From: Candidatus Sumerlaeaceae bacterium | Lineage (GTDB): Bacteria; Sumerlaeota; Sumerlaeia; Sumerlaeales; Sumerlaeaceae | NCBI GenBank assembly: GCA_051003195.1 | Contig: JBPCLP010000021.1 | Coordinates: forward strand, 1 to 64,000 | Direction: 5' to 3' | Length of the DNA: 64,000 nucleotides | Part shown: one piece after another, positions 18,826-28,820 of the stretch | How the letters are laid out: every line of letters starts with the position of its first letter | Position numbering within the stretch: the stretch's first letter is position 1 | Position numbers and translations under genes: made by a program | The notes under the pieces: generated by a model | Seen by the model: only the letters and a program-made list of their open reading frames with translations | What the model was told of the DNA's origin: nothing | Database searches by the model: none

Positions 18826-21800
18826 ATGCGGCTATGGACGTGGATGCAATATACCAGTATCCTGATTGGGCTGAATTGCGCGGTCGGCCTGGCACTGGGT
18901 CAGCCCGGCAACGACCCGACGGCGGACTCCCGCGCGTGTGTTGTCTCGGGTAACGCGCGTTTCACGGTGCTCACACCCGCCCTCATCCGGATGGAATACG
19001 CGCCGGACGCGAAGTTCGAAGACCGCGCCACCTACGCGATTATCAACCGCCGTCTTCCTGTACCCCGCTATTCGATTATGCGCAGCGGCGGCTGGCTCGA
19101 TTTGCAGACCTCTGAAATCCGTCTGCGCTATAAGAGCGGCAGTGGGCCGTTTGCACCCGGAAACCTGTCGGTGATGGTGAAACATACGGGCCGCGCCGTT
19201 AACTCGGCGCCGGTGACATGGACACCGGGAACGACTGACACGGGAAATCTTCTTGGAACAGTTCGCACGCTGGATAGCGTGAATGGCGCCCGCCCGCTGG
19301 AGCCGGGTATTCTTTCGCGCGATGGCTGGGCAATTGTAGACGATACCACCCGCACGCTACTAACCACCGACGTGCATACGACAGGTGCGCCGCTCGGCGA
19401 CTGGCCGTGGGCCGCGGAACGCCCGTCAGATTCGCACCGCCAGGACCTCTATTTCTTCGGGCATGGCCGCGACTATAAAAGGGCGCTACAGGAATTCATA
19501 AGTGTCGCCGGTAAAATTCCCATGCCTCCAAAGTGGTCATTCGGCGCATGGTGGAGCCGCTACTGGGCTTACAGTGACACAGAGCTTAAGGAGCTCGTCG
19601 CCGACTTCCGCGCGCATGGCGTACCGCTTGACGTACTGGTCATCGACATGGACTGGCACCTGCAGGGGTGGACAGGCTATAGCTGGAATCCGAAATATTT
19701 TCCGGACCCTGAAGGCTTCCTGAAGTGGGCGCATGACGAAGGTCTGCACGTCACGTTGAACCTGCATCCCGCCGATGGAGTGGCACCGCATGAGACCGCC
19801 TATCCGGAAGTTGCAAAAGCGATGGGTATCGATCCGAACACCAGTGCGACGATACCCTTCGACATCACAAACTCGCGTTTCGTGGACGCGTATTTCCGGC
19901 TGCTACATCATCCCCTGGAGAAACAGGGCATCGACTTCTGGTGGCTCGACTGGCAGCAGGGGACAAACACAAAGCTGACCAACATCGACCCGCTGCACTG
20001 GCTGAATTACCTTCACTGGACGGACATGGAACGGAACCCTGCGGGTGCCGGTCAGCGCCCGCTGCTGTTCAGCCGTTGGGGTGGACTGGGCAATCATCGT
20101 TACCAGACCGGATTCTCAGGGGACACCTATAACGATTGGCCTTCGCTGGCATTTCAGCCCTACTTCACCGCCACCGCAGGCAACGTCGGCTATGCGTACT
20201 GGAGCCATGACATTGGCGGGCACATTCCGGGCCCGGTAGCGCCGGACCTGTACACGCGCTGGATGCAGTGGGCGGCATTCAACCCGATCCTGCGCACCCA
20301 CGGCGGCAACACCCCGACCACCGAGCGCCGCATCTGGGCATTCCCCGGTGAAAATTACGAAATGTTGAAACACGCGTGGTACCTGCGCTACTCTCTCATC
20401 CCGTATATTTACACTGCCGCGCGGCAGTGTTATGACACCGGCATGCCGCTACTGCGTCCGCTATACTACCACTGGCCCGAGTTGGATGAGGCCTACACCC
20501 ACGGCAACCAGTATATGTTTGGCAATGATCTGCTGGTGAACCCGGTGGTGGAGCCTGCGGACCCGGCCAGCAGTTGTACGCTGCAAAAAACATGGCTTCC
20601 GCCCGGCGAATGGATCGACTGGTATACCGACGAGGTGACGACTGGGCCGGCAGAGATCGAGCAGTTGATCAGCATGGACCGTATTCCTGTGTGGGCGCGC
20701 TCCGGAGCAATTATCCCGACGGCCACGGTCAAGCGTCTCGAGGGCGCGGCAGGCAAGCGCGGGGCTAGCCACTGGGCAAAACCGCAGACCGAGCTCGGCT
20801 ACCGGAGCATCAATGTTTTGGAGCCGGTAACGGTGCGAGGAACAACGATGCCTGCATTCCAGACCAGAGCAATTGGCTCGACCGCCGGGCAACCGGATGC
20901 GTATATCCTGCTCGACGTTTTCCCAGGAGATTCGGGCGAAGCGATACTGTATCAGGACGACGGAGAAACGACGGGTTATCAGCTGGGAGAAATCGCGTCG
21001 AGCACGCTGAGGAAGTTTTCAGACACGCGATTTACCACGGTGACGGTCGAGCCGATGACGGGGAGTTATACCCAGATGCCAACGAGGCGTACGTTCGAGC
21101 TGCGGCTGCGCTCCGCCGGTGACATGACAGGTATTTACCAGATCCTCGTCAACGGCAGCCCCTTGGAAACTACCGGTGTTCTCTCCAACACCGTTGGTCC
21201 AGGCCCTGCGCTCGGTTACGGTGATTACATCCTCTGGAATCTGCCGGCGTTCACATCGACAGATCGCGTCGATTTCGTATTCGAGCACCTTGACGGCGGA
21301 AAAGCGGCCGAGCTTGCAGCGACCGGCGCGCGCAACCTGCTGCAGATCATGTCGGAAATCTGCTACGCGCAGAACAGGTCGGGCGGTAAGTGCGGAGCAC
21401 CGGGTGCGGCGGGTACACAGATACTGCAAAACTGCGTGAGCGGATGTACTACGACATCGACGATCGATCGTCTTTTCGACCAAGCGCTTAGATCGGCGGC
21501 GGATTTGCCGGACGGCTTCCCCGACCGGCTAAAGTTCATCCTGCAGCTGTTGGGCATTACTGTGAGAATCGAAGTGCGTGCTGATGCAAATGGTGAGGCC
21601 GAAGTCTCGATGGTCCTGCGGCGCATCGATGCGGCACAGGATCTTTCCATCACAGGCCAATTGCAGGTGAACGGTGGGATAGGCGCAACGTTTGAGGATG
21701 AACCGCTGTACCTGAAGGCTGGCGAAAAAGAGGGCCGTGTTACCTGGAAGATCGCCGCGCCAGACGCAACCATGCCTACACAACTGCGTGCATCGATAAG

Positions 21801-22434
21801 CTTGAGCATCGCGGGCCGTGACATCAGGATCCCGCTGTCCGCGCTGCTTCCGGCTGCAATCACCAACTGGCACGTAGTCGGGCCCTTCGACAACCCCGCG
21901 GGTATCGCGCTGGACAAAGTCTTCCCGCCTGAGGAGCAGCCGTTTACGCCAGCTGCAAAATACGCCGGCAAAGGTGCCGTGGTCGGGTGGCGGCACGTGG
22001 TTCGGACGGTTACTCCGGGCGAGGATTTAACCCGCGAATTCGTCGTCGATCTGCACAAGGTATTCGGCGGTCACACGGAAAAGGCCGCAGCCTATGCGTA
22101 CACAATCATTCAATCCGACCGCGACACGAAAGCGACCCTGTTCATCGGCGCGGATGACGGCGTCGCGGCATGGCTAAATGGCAGGCCGGTGTGGCGCAAT
22201 GCCAAGGGGCGGCCGTACCGATCCGGCGATGACAAAATTGAAGTGCAGCTCAAGAAGGGCGACAACCCTTTGCTGCTGAAAATCAGTCAGGGAACAAATG
22301 ACTGGGCGTTCAGCGTGCACGTGGAGGTGCCGCAGACAGCGGATTCCTGGATCGAGAACCAGATGAAGCAGCCCAAACGAACACCCGGTGTAATGCCGCA
22401 GCCCGGGGTGTCAGTCCAGTCGGGACCGGGCTGA
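18826..22434 (+). CDS. Glycoside hydrolase family 31 with C-terminal accessory domains
   Basis: Motifs VIDMDWH, nucleophile WWLDWQQG, FSGD, SHDIGG and ILRTHG; signal peptide; start placed at ATG 18826 after GGGGA. Confidence 0.88.
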   Translation: MRLWTWMQYTSILIGLNCAVGLALGQPGNDPTADSRACVVSGNARFTVLTPALIRMEYAPDAKFEDRATYAIINRRLPVPRYSIMRSGGWLDLQTSEIRLRYKSGSGPFAPGNLSVMVKHTGRAVNSAPVTWTPGTTDTGNLLGTVRTLDSVNGARPLEPGILSRDGWAIVDDTTRTLLTTDVHTTGAPLGDWPWAAERPSDSHRQDLYFFGHGRDYKRALQEFISVAGKIPMPPKWSFGAWWSRYWAYSDTELKELVADFRAHGVPLDVLVIDMDWHLQGWTGYSWNPKYFPDPEGFLKWAHDEGLHVTLNLHPADGVAPHETAYPEVAKAMGIDPNTSATIPFDITNSRFVDAYFRLLHHPLEKQGIDFWWLDWQQGTNTKLTNIDPLHWLNYLHWTDMERNPAGAGQRPLLFSRWGGLGNHRYQTGFSGDTYNDWPSLAFQPYFTATAGNVGYAYWSHDIGGHIPGPVAPDLYTRWMQWAAFNPILRTHGGNTPTTERRIWAFPGENYEMLKHAWYLRYSLIPYIYTAARQCYDTGMPLLRPLYYHWPELDEAYTHGNQYMFGNDLLVNPVVEPADPASSCTLQKTWLPPGEWIDWYTDEVTTGPAEIEQLISMDRIPVWARSGAIIPTATVKRLEGAAGKRGASHWAKPQTELGYRSINVLEPVTVRGTTMPAFQTRAIGSTAGQPDAYILLDVFPGDSGEAILYQDDGETTGYQLGEIASSTLRKFSDTRFTTVTVEPMTGSYTQMPTRRTFELRLRSAGDMTGIYQILVNGSPLETTGVLSNTVGPGPALGYGDYILWNLPAFTSTDRVDFVFEHLDGGKAAELAATGARNLLQIMSEICYAQNRSGGKCGAPGAAGTQILQNCVSGCTTTSTIDRLFDQALRSAADLPDGFPDRLKFILQLLGITVRIEVRADANGEAEVSMVLRRIDAAQDLSITGQLQVNGGIGATFEDEPLYLKAGEKEGRVTWKIAAPDATMPTQLRASISLSIAGRDIRIPLSALLPAAITNWHVVGPFDNPAGIALDKVFPPEEQPFTPAAKYAGKGAVVGWRHVVRTVTPGEDLTREFVVDLHKVFGGHTEKAAAYAYTIIQSDRDTKATLFIGADDGVAAWLNGRPVWRNAKGRPYRSGDDKIEVQLKKGDNPLLLKISQGTNDWAFSVHVEVPQTADSWIENQMKQPKRTPGVMPQPGVSVQSGPG

Positions 22435-22447
22435 CAAAGCGCAAAAT

Positions 22448-24010
22448 CTACCGGCTGGGGGACCACCTGCCGCGGTACTCATAAGGCGGAGCCCCTTCGT
22501 AGGGTTTTACGCTGGGTGAGTGGGTAAGCGTGTAGGTGCCATCTGCAGGGTGCGGATTGTAAATGATGACGGCGCCGGGAGTGGCGGCCAGCGGATCGAG
22601 CGGCACTGGTTTCCCGACACGCTCGCTCAGCTCCTGCAGGGTACGTGGCATGGTCGCGTTGGCATCGTTTCCCTGGAATTCAGCAAGACGCATCATGCAG
22701 GCTGTCTGCAGCACCGCAGCTTGTGCGCGGCGGCCGGTTGAATTGAAACTTGCGCGCATAAATGCAGGGACGGCGATGGCGCTGACCGGATTTCTTATGG
22801 CGGCCTTTTCAGCCCACGCCTCAACGGCTTTTCCTTTCGCGAGCGCCGTTGGCAGATCCGGGCCCATCGTAATCTCCTGGTTGCGCTTCAACCATTCCAG
22901 CATGATCAGCATGGTTTCCATGACGCTCTTGCGCATGAATGCCGGGATCCGGATCAGAAGTTGAGACGGGTTTGGATATGTGGAGGGAGTTCGAAACTCT
23001 GAGAGGTCTTTCAGGTATCGTGCCATTGAAGCCATAAAGGCGCCTGCGATCTGCTTTTCTAGATCTGCCCTGGAGGCGGCCAGAGTTCGTGGAGGATCCA
23101 CGACGGTACCTGCAAAGTAGCGCAGCAATTGCGAGAACCAGATAAATTCGCCTTCGCAGGCGCGGAGGAAATCGCGGCGCATGCGTTCCGGGTCGAGCTG
23201 GTCGTAGAGCCGCAGCGCGATCTTCGAGCTGGGAGGGGGTGCTGCATGCAACAACTCATCCAAATCGGTCATTACAATTCCGTCCAGCGCTACGCCGATC
23301 ATGCCGTCGATGAACATTGTGCCGGCAACCTTCAGCGACTGGCCGAAGTACATCCAGTTTAGAATGAGTGAGTACGCGCGAGTCGTATCGCCGTCCTCCA
23401 GCGCCAGCCACATGGCTGTTGGCAACAACACACGGGCGGTTTCGCGGTATCTTAAATAGGACCTTACGTAAACCGGTGGATCATCGAAGGATTTGTACGT
23501 CCAGCTCAGCTCGTCGTAGCTGCACGTGTCCGTGATCCTAAGCAAATCGCGAAGCGCTGTGGTGTTCGCATCGTGGTAGGCCAGCAGGGTTGGCGTCGAA
23601 ATCTGGCTGCCGACGGCGTTCTGAAGTACGTGCTGCAGGCGAAAGTCAGTGCGTGGCGTCGCATGCAACGTGGAGGTCGTATTCTTGAAAGCGTTGTAGT
23701 CGTAGAACAGATTCGATGTGATGCGCGCGGCTTCGGTCACGCCGGCACGGCCGCGTTCGGTTGACGGGTACTTCCTGTTGTACGTGGAAAGGCTGGCCGC
23801 GGCACCGGTGGCTTCCGCCTCGGCGATTGCCTTGCGATCGGCCTCAGTAAAGTACTGCTTCGACTGGAATCCCCGAAGCGCAGTCAGGCCGGCCAGCACC
23901 ACGACGGCGAGCAGAAGAATCGCACAACCGAGACGCCGGAGATGCCGGTGCTTAGGCTGGTCCTCAGCTGCGCTAATAGAGTTTCCAGTCGGAGACCGCG
24001 GTCGCGACAT
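22448..24010 (-). CDS. Hypothetical single-TM alpha-helical protein
   Basis: 520 aa ORF with an N-terminal TM helix, a helical body and a C-terminal MPRTLQEL...PLDP segment. Confidence 0.65.
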   Translation of the reverse strand: MSRPRSPTGNSISAAEDQPKHRHLRRLGCAILLLAVVVLAGLTALRGFQSKQYFTEADRKAIAEAEATGAAASLSTYNRKYPSTERGRAGVTEAARITSNLFYDYNAFKNTTSTLHATPRTDFRLQHVLQNAVGSQISTPTLLAYHDANTTALRDLLRITDTCSYDELSWTYKSFDDPPVYVRSYLRYRETARVLLPTAMWLALEDGDTTRAYSLILNWMYFGQSLKVAGTMFIDGMIGVALDGIVMTDLDELLHAAPPPSSKIALRLYDQLDPERMRRDFLRACEGEFIWFSQLLRYFAGTVVDPPRTLAASRADLEKQIAGAFMASMARYLKDLSEFRTPSTYPNPSQLLIRIPAFMRKSVMETMLIMLEWLKRNQEITMGPDLPTALAKGKAVEAWAEKAAIRNPVSAIAVPAFMRASFNSTGRRAQAAVLQTACMMRLAEFQGNDANATMPRTLQELSERVGKPVPLDPLAATPGAVIIYNPHPADGTYTLTHSPSVKPYEGAPPYEYRGRWSPSR

Positions 24011-26954
24011 CGGTGACGCCGAAGAATGCGATCGCGCCAGACATCATCGAATTGCGCGTTGTGCTGGAGCCAATGCACTCGAACGGAAAGCCCAGGTTCA
24101 CAACTTTGCGCGCAGGCGCGCCGCCGCTGAACTGAACGGCTGCGCCACCAGACCCGCCGCCGCTATAATTTGCGGCGATTACCGATCCGCCGAACGCGTT
24201 CAGCCGGTCCGGGAAATCGGCGTCGTAGATTTGTGAGCTGGCGGTCGAGGCGACGCTGAAGTCCATGGTTATACCGGCGAAGATGGTACCGACAACGCCC
24301 GTGGCCTGGTACGATCCGCCGTCGTCTGCCGCATAATCCGCCGCGAAATAGTTGTTGTAGAATGAAGCGTCCACCGCGGTACCGTCCAGTTCGTAGCCGA
24401 TTTCGGCGCCACTGACGAACAGGCTCTTTCCACCTGCGTTCAGGAAAGAGCTTATCTTCGTGCGCTCTGTTGCGTTGAAGGTGTCATCTGCGGAAGATTC
24501 CTCCCCGCCGATCCAGACCACGCACTCGTAGCCGTTGAGATTAATGTCGCTGTTGATGACCGCTTCATTCTCGGTTGAATCAAAAGAGAGGCCAGCATTT
24601 GCAATTGCAGCGGCATGCTGACGCACATAATTATAAGAATTGTTGCGGTTAAGGATGAGCTGCTCCACCGTTCCGCCAGCCAGTCCTCGGTTAATGTTGT
24701 TGTTGCGGTCAATGCGGTCGTATGCCTGGACGATGAGCACCTTGGCCACGCCGGAGGCTTTTACACGGACGGCGAGTGTGTCCGTGGGGAAAGATTCGCC
24801 GCCGGTGTTCACGCCGGCCACACGGAAGTAGTAGGTCTGGCCTGCGGTCAACCCGTTCACGGTCAGCGTGTTTGTACCCACCGCAGTGCCTCCACCCCAG
24901 CCGAGGCCGTCGGGTGACTGGTAGACGCGATAGCTGGTGGCGGCCTGCCCCTTTGTTCCGCCTGTGGCACCGGCAACCCAGTTCAGGGTCACTCCACCCA
25001 AGCCATCATTGACCGCACGGAAACGCACCGGCGGCTCCGGCAGATACGCAAGTGTACCGGTTTTAAAGTTATTAAAGTACTGCACTGTGGCATGGTAGCA
25101 GGCGCGCCCATGTACGTTGCGGACCTTCGGATCTCGCATTAATGCGGCGTCCTGTGCACTGTCGTGATAGGCTACTTCAATGATTGTCGCATCCATTTTA
25201 GGGACGTCGTCCGTTAAAGGGTAGTCAAAGTAGTAGGCGGAAATTTCGCCATATCCGCCTGTAAAGGTCGCCGAAGCGCGGTCATTCCACGTGTATTCCC
25301 ACGCCGCGTCCTCTTCGAGGGATGCTGCGTCGAGTTCATCGGAAACTTTTGCTGCCCACCATGCCTGGTTGGGGGTGTCGCTGCCGGTTATGAGGCCCAT
25401 GCTGCCGCGACCGCCGCCACCGTTGGAGTGCCAACCCAGGTAGAGGGCGTAACGCATATCGGTAACGGACGTGTCAGAATGGACTCGATACATTTGTGCG
25501 GCCATGCGAGGCGGTGCATGCCAGGACTGATTTTCGTCGTCGGAAGTGTTCGCGTTGTTCCAGATGAGACTGGCTCCAGTGGTGTCGCCGGTTCCCCAGC
25601 CATTCTGGATCCAGTAAACAGTCGACTCTTCTCGGCGCGAGTAGCCGGAAATACCGCCGCCGTTGTTCACGTCACCCAATCCGTTGCCAAACCGGATTGC
25701 ATCGGCAATGACAACTCCTGCTGCGACCGGGGACTGATTGGAAATGACTACGGATCCGGTAGCGGCATTGCTGCCCGCATTAAAATAGTAGGTTCCGAGG
25801 TAAATCCAGCCGCAACCGACACGACGGTGGTCGATGCGGATAAGGGACTCTCCGCCGGTGGTGCGGATCTTATAGAGCTGACCGCCGGCCACGCGATCAT
25901 TTCCATAGTTCACCCAGGTGTAAACCGGGTAATAGCCTGCCTGAGGAATATTGGGTGTATACGTGGCTGTGTGTGTCTCGGATGCCGCCGCAGTAGAAAA
26001 GTAATACGGCGTACCAGAACCGTAGTACCGGGGGTTCGAGCTATTTGACCAGGTACCTAAAAGCGTCGCGGCTGGATTGTCGATAATCACCTCATTGTTC
26101 TGGTACCCGATGGGGCGCAGCGGAACGACGGTGGCGCCAGCATTGAAACAGTAAGCGGCATACGCGTCGACCGCGTCTACGGTTCCAAAATCTTCCATCA
26201 TGCTATTGTAGTATCCGCGCTGCCAGCGCCAATAAGGCGTAGCCGCGGCGCCATCCCAGGTGCGTCCGTGGCCGCCGTAGGTGAAGATGATGCGGCCGGC
26301 GAGTGCGCCGGTCGGCATGCCGGAACTGGACGGGCTGACCTGCCCGCCAATATTCTTTGCTGCTTTCTCCTCAGCTGCCCGTGCATCCGAATAGAGCTTT
26401 TCCATATCTGGAGACGGCTGAGGTCCGGGTCCATTCGGCTCGTACCAGTCCTGGCTGGGGCCGGGTTCCCCCTGCTCCTCAGCGAGGAAGGCCTCGAGCG
26501 GCAGGTAATCTTCCTGCCCCTGCACGCGCGCAAAGAACCGTGAGCCGAGTAACTGGTGCGGCTCGGCGAAGAAGTGGCGCATTATTTCGCCTGATTGGTA
26601 TGTCAGTCCGCGATCCAATGAACCTTCCTGCACACTTGCAGGAAACGTGACCCAGACCTGCAGCCAGTTGTTGGCGATCTCGGCGCGGTCGATGTTAGTG
26701 CCCTCAGGTAAAATGGTACGGCCGTCGCGCCCTTTGACGACTGGCAGTTTTTCGGCGACGCTGGTGACTTCATCGTTCACCGTGGCTTTCGGGCGCAGCG
26801 ACCTGGGCCCGGCAATATCGACGCCGAAAGGTACGCAGTCGAAGTTCGAGCTCAGGGTATGCGCCGCCACTGGAGGGCAGGCGAATGCTATGAACGCGAA
26901 CAGAGTGATAAGCTGACGGGTTGTCATACCAACGGAACTGTTGCGAAAAGCCAT
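23973..26954 (-). CDS. Secreted N-acetylmuramoyl-L-alanine amidase-like protein with golvesin-like and fibronectin type III domains
   Basis: Amidase_3-type motifs GGHG, MMED, WHSN and IIEVAYHD; inserted WIYLGTYYF...VIADAIRF domain; FN3 motif YYFRVAGVNTGGES; C-terminus AVSDWKLY. Confidence 0.75.
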   Translation of the reverse strand: MAFRNSSVGMTTRQLITLFAFIAFACPPVAAHTLSSNFDCVPFGVDIAGPRSLRPKATVNDEVTSVAEKLPVVKGRDGRTILPEGTNIDRAEIANNWLQVWVTFPASVQEGSLDRGLTYQSGEIMRHFFAEPHQLLGSRFFARVQGQEDYLPLEAFLAEEQGEPGPSQDWYEPNGPGPQPSPDMEKLYSDARAAEEKAAKNIGGQVSPSSSGMPTGALAGRIIFTYGGHGRTWDGAAATPYWRWQRGYYNSMMEDFGTVDAVDAYAAYCFNAGATVVPLRPIGYQNNEVIIDNPAATLLGTWSNSSNPRYYGSGTPYYFSTAAASETHTATYTPNIPQAGYYPVYTWVNYGNDRVAGGQLYKIRTTGGESLIRIDHRRVGCGWIYLGTYYFNAGSNAATGSVVISNQSPVAAGVVIADAIRFGNGLGDVNNGGGISGYSRREESTVYWIQNGWGTGDTTGASLIWNNANTSDDENQSWHAPPRMAAQMYRVHSDTSVTDMRYALYLGWHSNGGGGRGSMGLITGSDTPNQAWWAAKVSDELDAASLEEDAAWEYTWNDRASATFTGGYGEISAYYFDYPLTDDVPKMDATIIEVAYHDSAQDAALMRDPKVRNVHGRACYHATVQYFNNFKTGTLAYLPEPPVRFRAVNDGLGGVTLNWVAGATGGTKGQAATSYRVYQSPDGLGWGGGTAVGTNTLTVNGLTAGQTYYFRVAGVNTGGESFPTDTLAVRVKASGVAKVLIVQAYDRIDRNNNINRGLAGGTVEQLILNRNNSYNYVRQHAAAIANAGLSFDSTENEAVINSDINLNGYECVVWIGGEESSADDTFNATERTKISSFLNAGGKSLFVSGAEIGYELDGTAVDASFYNNYFAADYAADDGGSYQATGVVGTIFAGITMDFSVASTASSQIYDADFPDRLNAFGGSVIAANYSGGGSGGAAVQFSGGAPARKVVNLGFPFECIGSSTTRNSMMSGAIAFFGVTDVATAVSDWKLY

Positions 26955-27133
26955 TCAATCCTCGATCTGTTTGTTCCGCAAAGCGTCAGCGGGCCTGTTG
27001 CAAACTTGCCAAAATCAACGATCCGCGAGCATGACAACTATGCCGAACTCCGGATTCAGCGACTTTAGTATATATCCAGCATCCTTATTGTTCTACGGCG
27101 AGGCTCGAAATAGTGGTGACCAGGGTATCTCCG

Positions 27134-27604
27134 TTAGCCAGGCTCCACCCGCTCGACACGTAATGTCTGCGGTCCTTCGTGTCGCACACGGCGGCACCCC
27201 TTCTGGAAATCGATCCAGTCGTGCTTCCAGTCCCCGGGAATGCGCGCAAACAGACCTGCAACTGTTGGTGCACCTTCAGGACCTTTAAGGCTGACGCCGC
27301 GATTGTAGACGATACACAGCTCGGCGACTTCAGGGCGCACATTGGTCACATTGCGGCTGTTGTCGAAGAAGTAAAGTATCTCGCCGGGAAGCGGCAGGTG
27401 CACGAGGTTCTCGTTCGGTGCCGGTTGCGGATTGTCCAGCACGGCGAAAATTTCCGCGCCGGAATACATGCCGTGGATGGATTTGTGCTCCAGGGGCAAG
27501 CGGTCCCAGATCATCTGGCACAAGGCCGGTGCCTCATCATCCAGCAAATCCGCAACAACCGCTTCGCCGGTCGCCGGGAATGATAACCTGATTTTTCGCG
27601 CCAT
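27134..27604 (-). CDS. DUF3830 family (cyclophilin-like fold) protein
   Basis: Motifs ADLLDDEAP, HGMYSGAEI and ENLVHLPLPGEILY; start MARKIRL at 27604. Confidence 0.75.
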   Translation of the reverse strand: MARKIRLSFPATGEAVVADLLDDEAPALCQMIWDRLPLEHKSIHGMYSGAEIFAVLDNPQPAPNENLVHLPLPGEILYFFDNSRNVTNVRPEVAELCIVYNRGVSLKGPEGAPTVAGLFARIPGDWKHDWIDFQKGCRRVRHEGPQTLRVERVEPG

Positions 27605-27701
27605 GCAATCAGCTCCCATTCAGTTTCTTTAGCGTCAACCAGATTGAACTTGCGGTGCAAGGGTCCGGATTGAGTTTTTCTAACCTGGAACCTGAACCCG
27701 A

Positions 27702-28505
27702 GTGCCTGATCTTTTCTCAATCTTCGTCGTGATGTCTGTGCTGCTGTTCGCGTTTAGCATCAGCACGGCCACCGGATTTGGCACCGTCGTTCTGGCGATC
27801 CCATTGTGCAGCCTCGTGCTCGACCTAAAGCTCGTGATTCCGCTGCTTGCGGTGATGAGCACGCTCAACGCCAGCTTCATGGTCCTGCGCGAGTTCGCAC
27901 ACGTGGACTGGCGCGAGTTCCGGCGGATTTTGTTATGGGTGGGCGCCGCGTTCCCCATCGGCAACTACGCATTTCACGTGTTGCCCGTGCCCATATTGAA
28001 ATTCCTGCTCGGTATCTTTGTGACCTGCGTCGCGGTGCACGGGCTGTGGCGTATTTATCAGAGGCAGCCAAGAACTCCCTGGAACCGACATGCAGGACGC
28101 GCGATCCTGATTGCGGGCGGGATTGTACAGGGAGCCGTCGCCGCTGGCGGGCCGCTGGTGGTCACGTATGCGCAGCACGAGATCGAGGAAAAGCGGGCGT
28201 TTCGCGCGACGATGTTCCTCGTGTGGGCGGTGTTTAACTTTATGTTCGCGGTCTCGTACTTCGCCGGGCCGGACCGCAATTCGGCCGTTTTGCTGCTCGC
28301 GCTGTGCTGTATCCCGGTAATGCCCCTTGGGATGTGGCTCGGCCAGAAGCTGCACGACGCTGCCTCGGAAGTATTTTTCCAGGTACTGGTGTCCTGCACA
28401 CTGCTGCTGTCGGGAATCAGTCTGCTATTCCCGATGCATCCCAGAGGCGAGGTGGAGCAAAAAAATATGTCACACAGCCCGGGTCCTGCGAGTGCGAATC
28501 GGTAA
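27702..28505 (+). CDS. Sulfite exporter TauE/SafE family protein
   Basis: About 8 TM helices; motifs ATGFG, GGPLVV and FRAT. Confidence 0.85.
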   Translation: MPDLFSIFVVMSVLLFAFSISTATGFGTVVLAIPLCSLVLDLKLVIPLLAVMSTLNASFMVLREFAHVDWREFRRILLWVGAAFPIGNYAFHVLPVPILKFLLGIFVTCVAVHGLWRIYQRQPRTPWNRHAGRAILIAGGIVQGAVAAGGPLVVTYAQHEIEEKRAFRATMFLVWAVFNFMFAVSYFAGPDRNSAVLLLALCCIPVMPLGMWLGQKLHDAASEVFFQVLVSCTLLLSGISLLFPMHPRGEVEQKNMSHSPGPASANR

Positions 28506-28797
28506 TGCGACCGGCTTGTGTTGAGCCGGTGCCCGTGAAGCACAGGGGACGCTCCTTAACAGTCGCGGTACAGATCCACGGAAAGCGAGTGCGAATCGGT
28601 AATGCGACCGGCTTGTGTTGAGCCGGTGCCCGTGAAGCGCAGGGGACGCTCCTTAACTGTCGCGGTACAGATTCACAGAAAACGAGTGCGAATCGGTAAT
28701 GCAGCGCAGGGGTCGCTCCTTAACAGTCGCGGTACAGATCCACGGAAAGCGCAGGGGTCGCTCCTTAACAGTCGCGGTACAGATCCACGGAAAGCGC
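28488..28797. repeat. Tandem REP-like repeat array
   Basis: Two 97-bp units (28488, 28585), a deleted third unit and a 45-bp duplication. Core CGCTCCTTAAC(A/T)GTCGCGGTACAGA at 28550, 28647, 28714 and 28759. Confidence 0.85.
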
Positions 28798-28820
28798 CCG
28801 GCTGCGGGCGGGAGATATGG

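Noticed and set aside
28488..28797. CRISPR array
   Set aside because: The sequences between repeats are copies or deletions of each other rather than unique spacers, spacing is irregular, and there are no cas genes.
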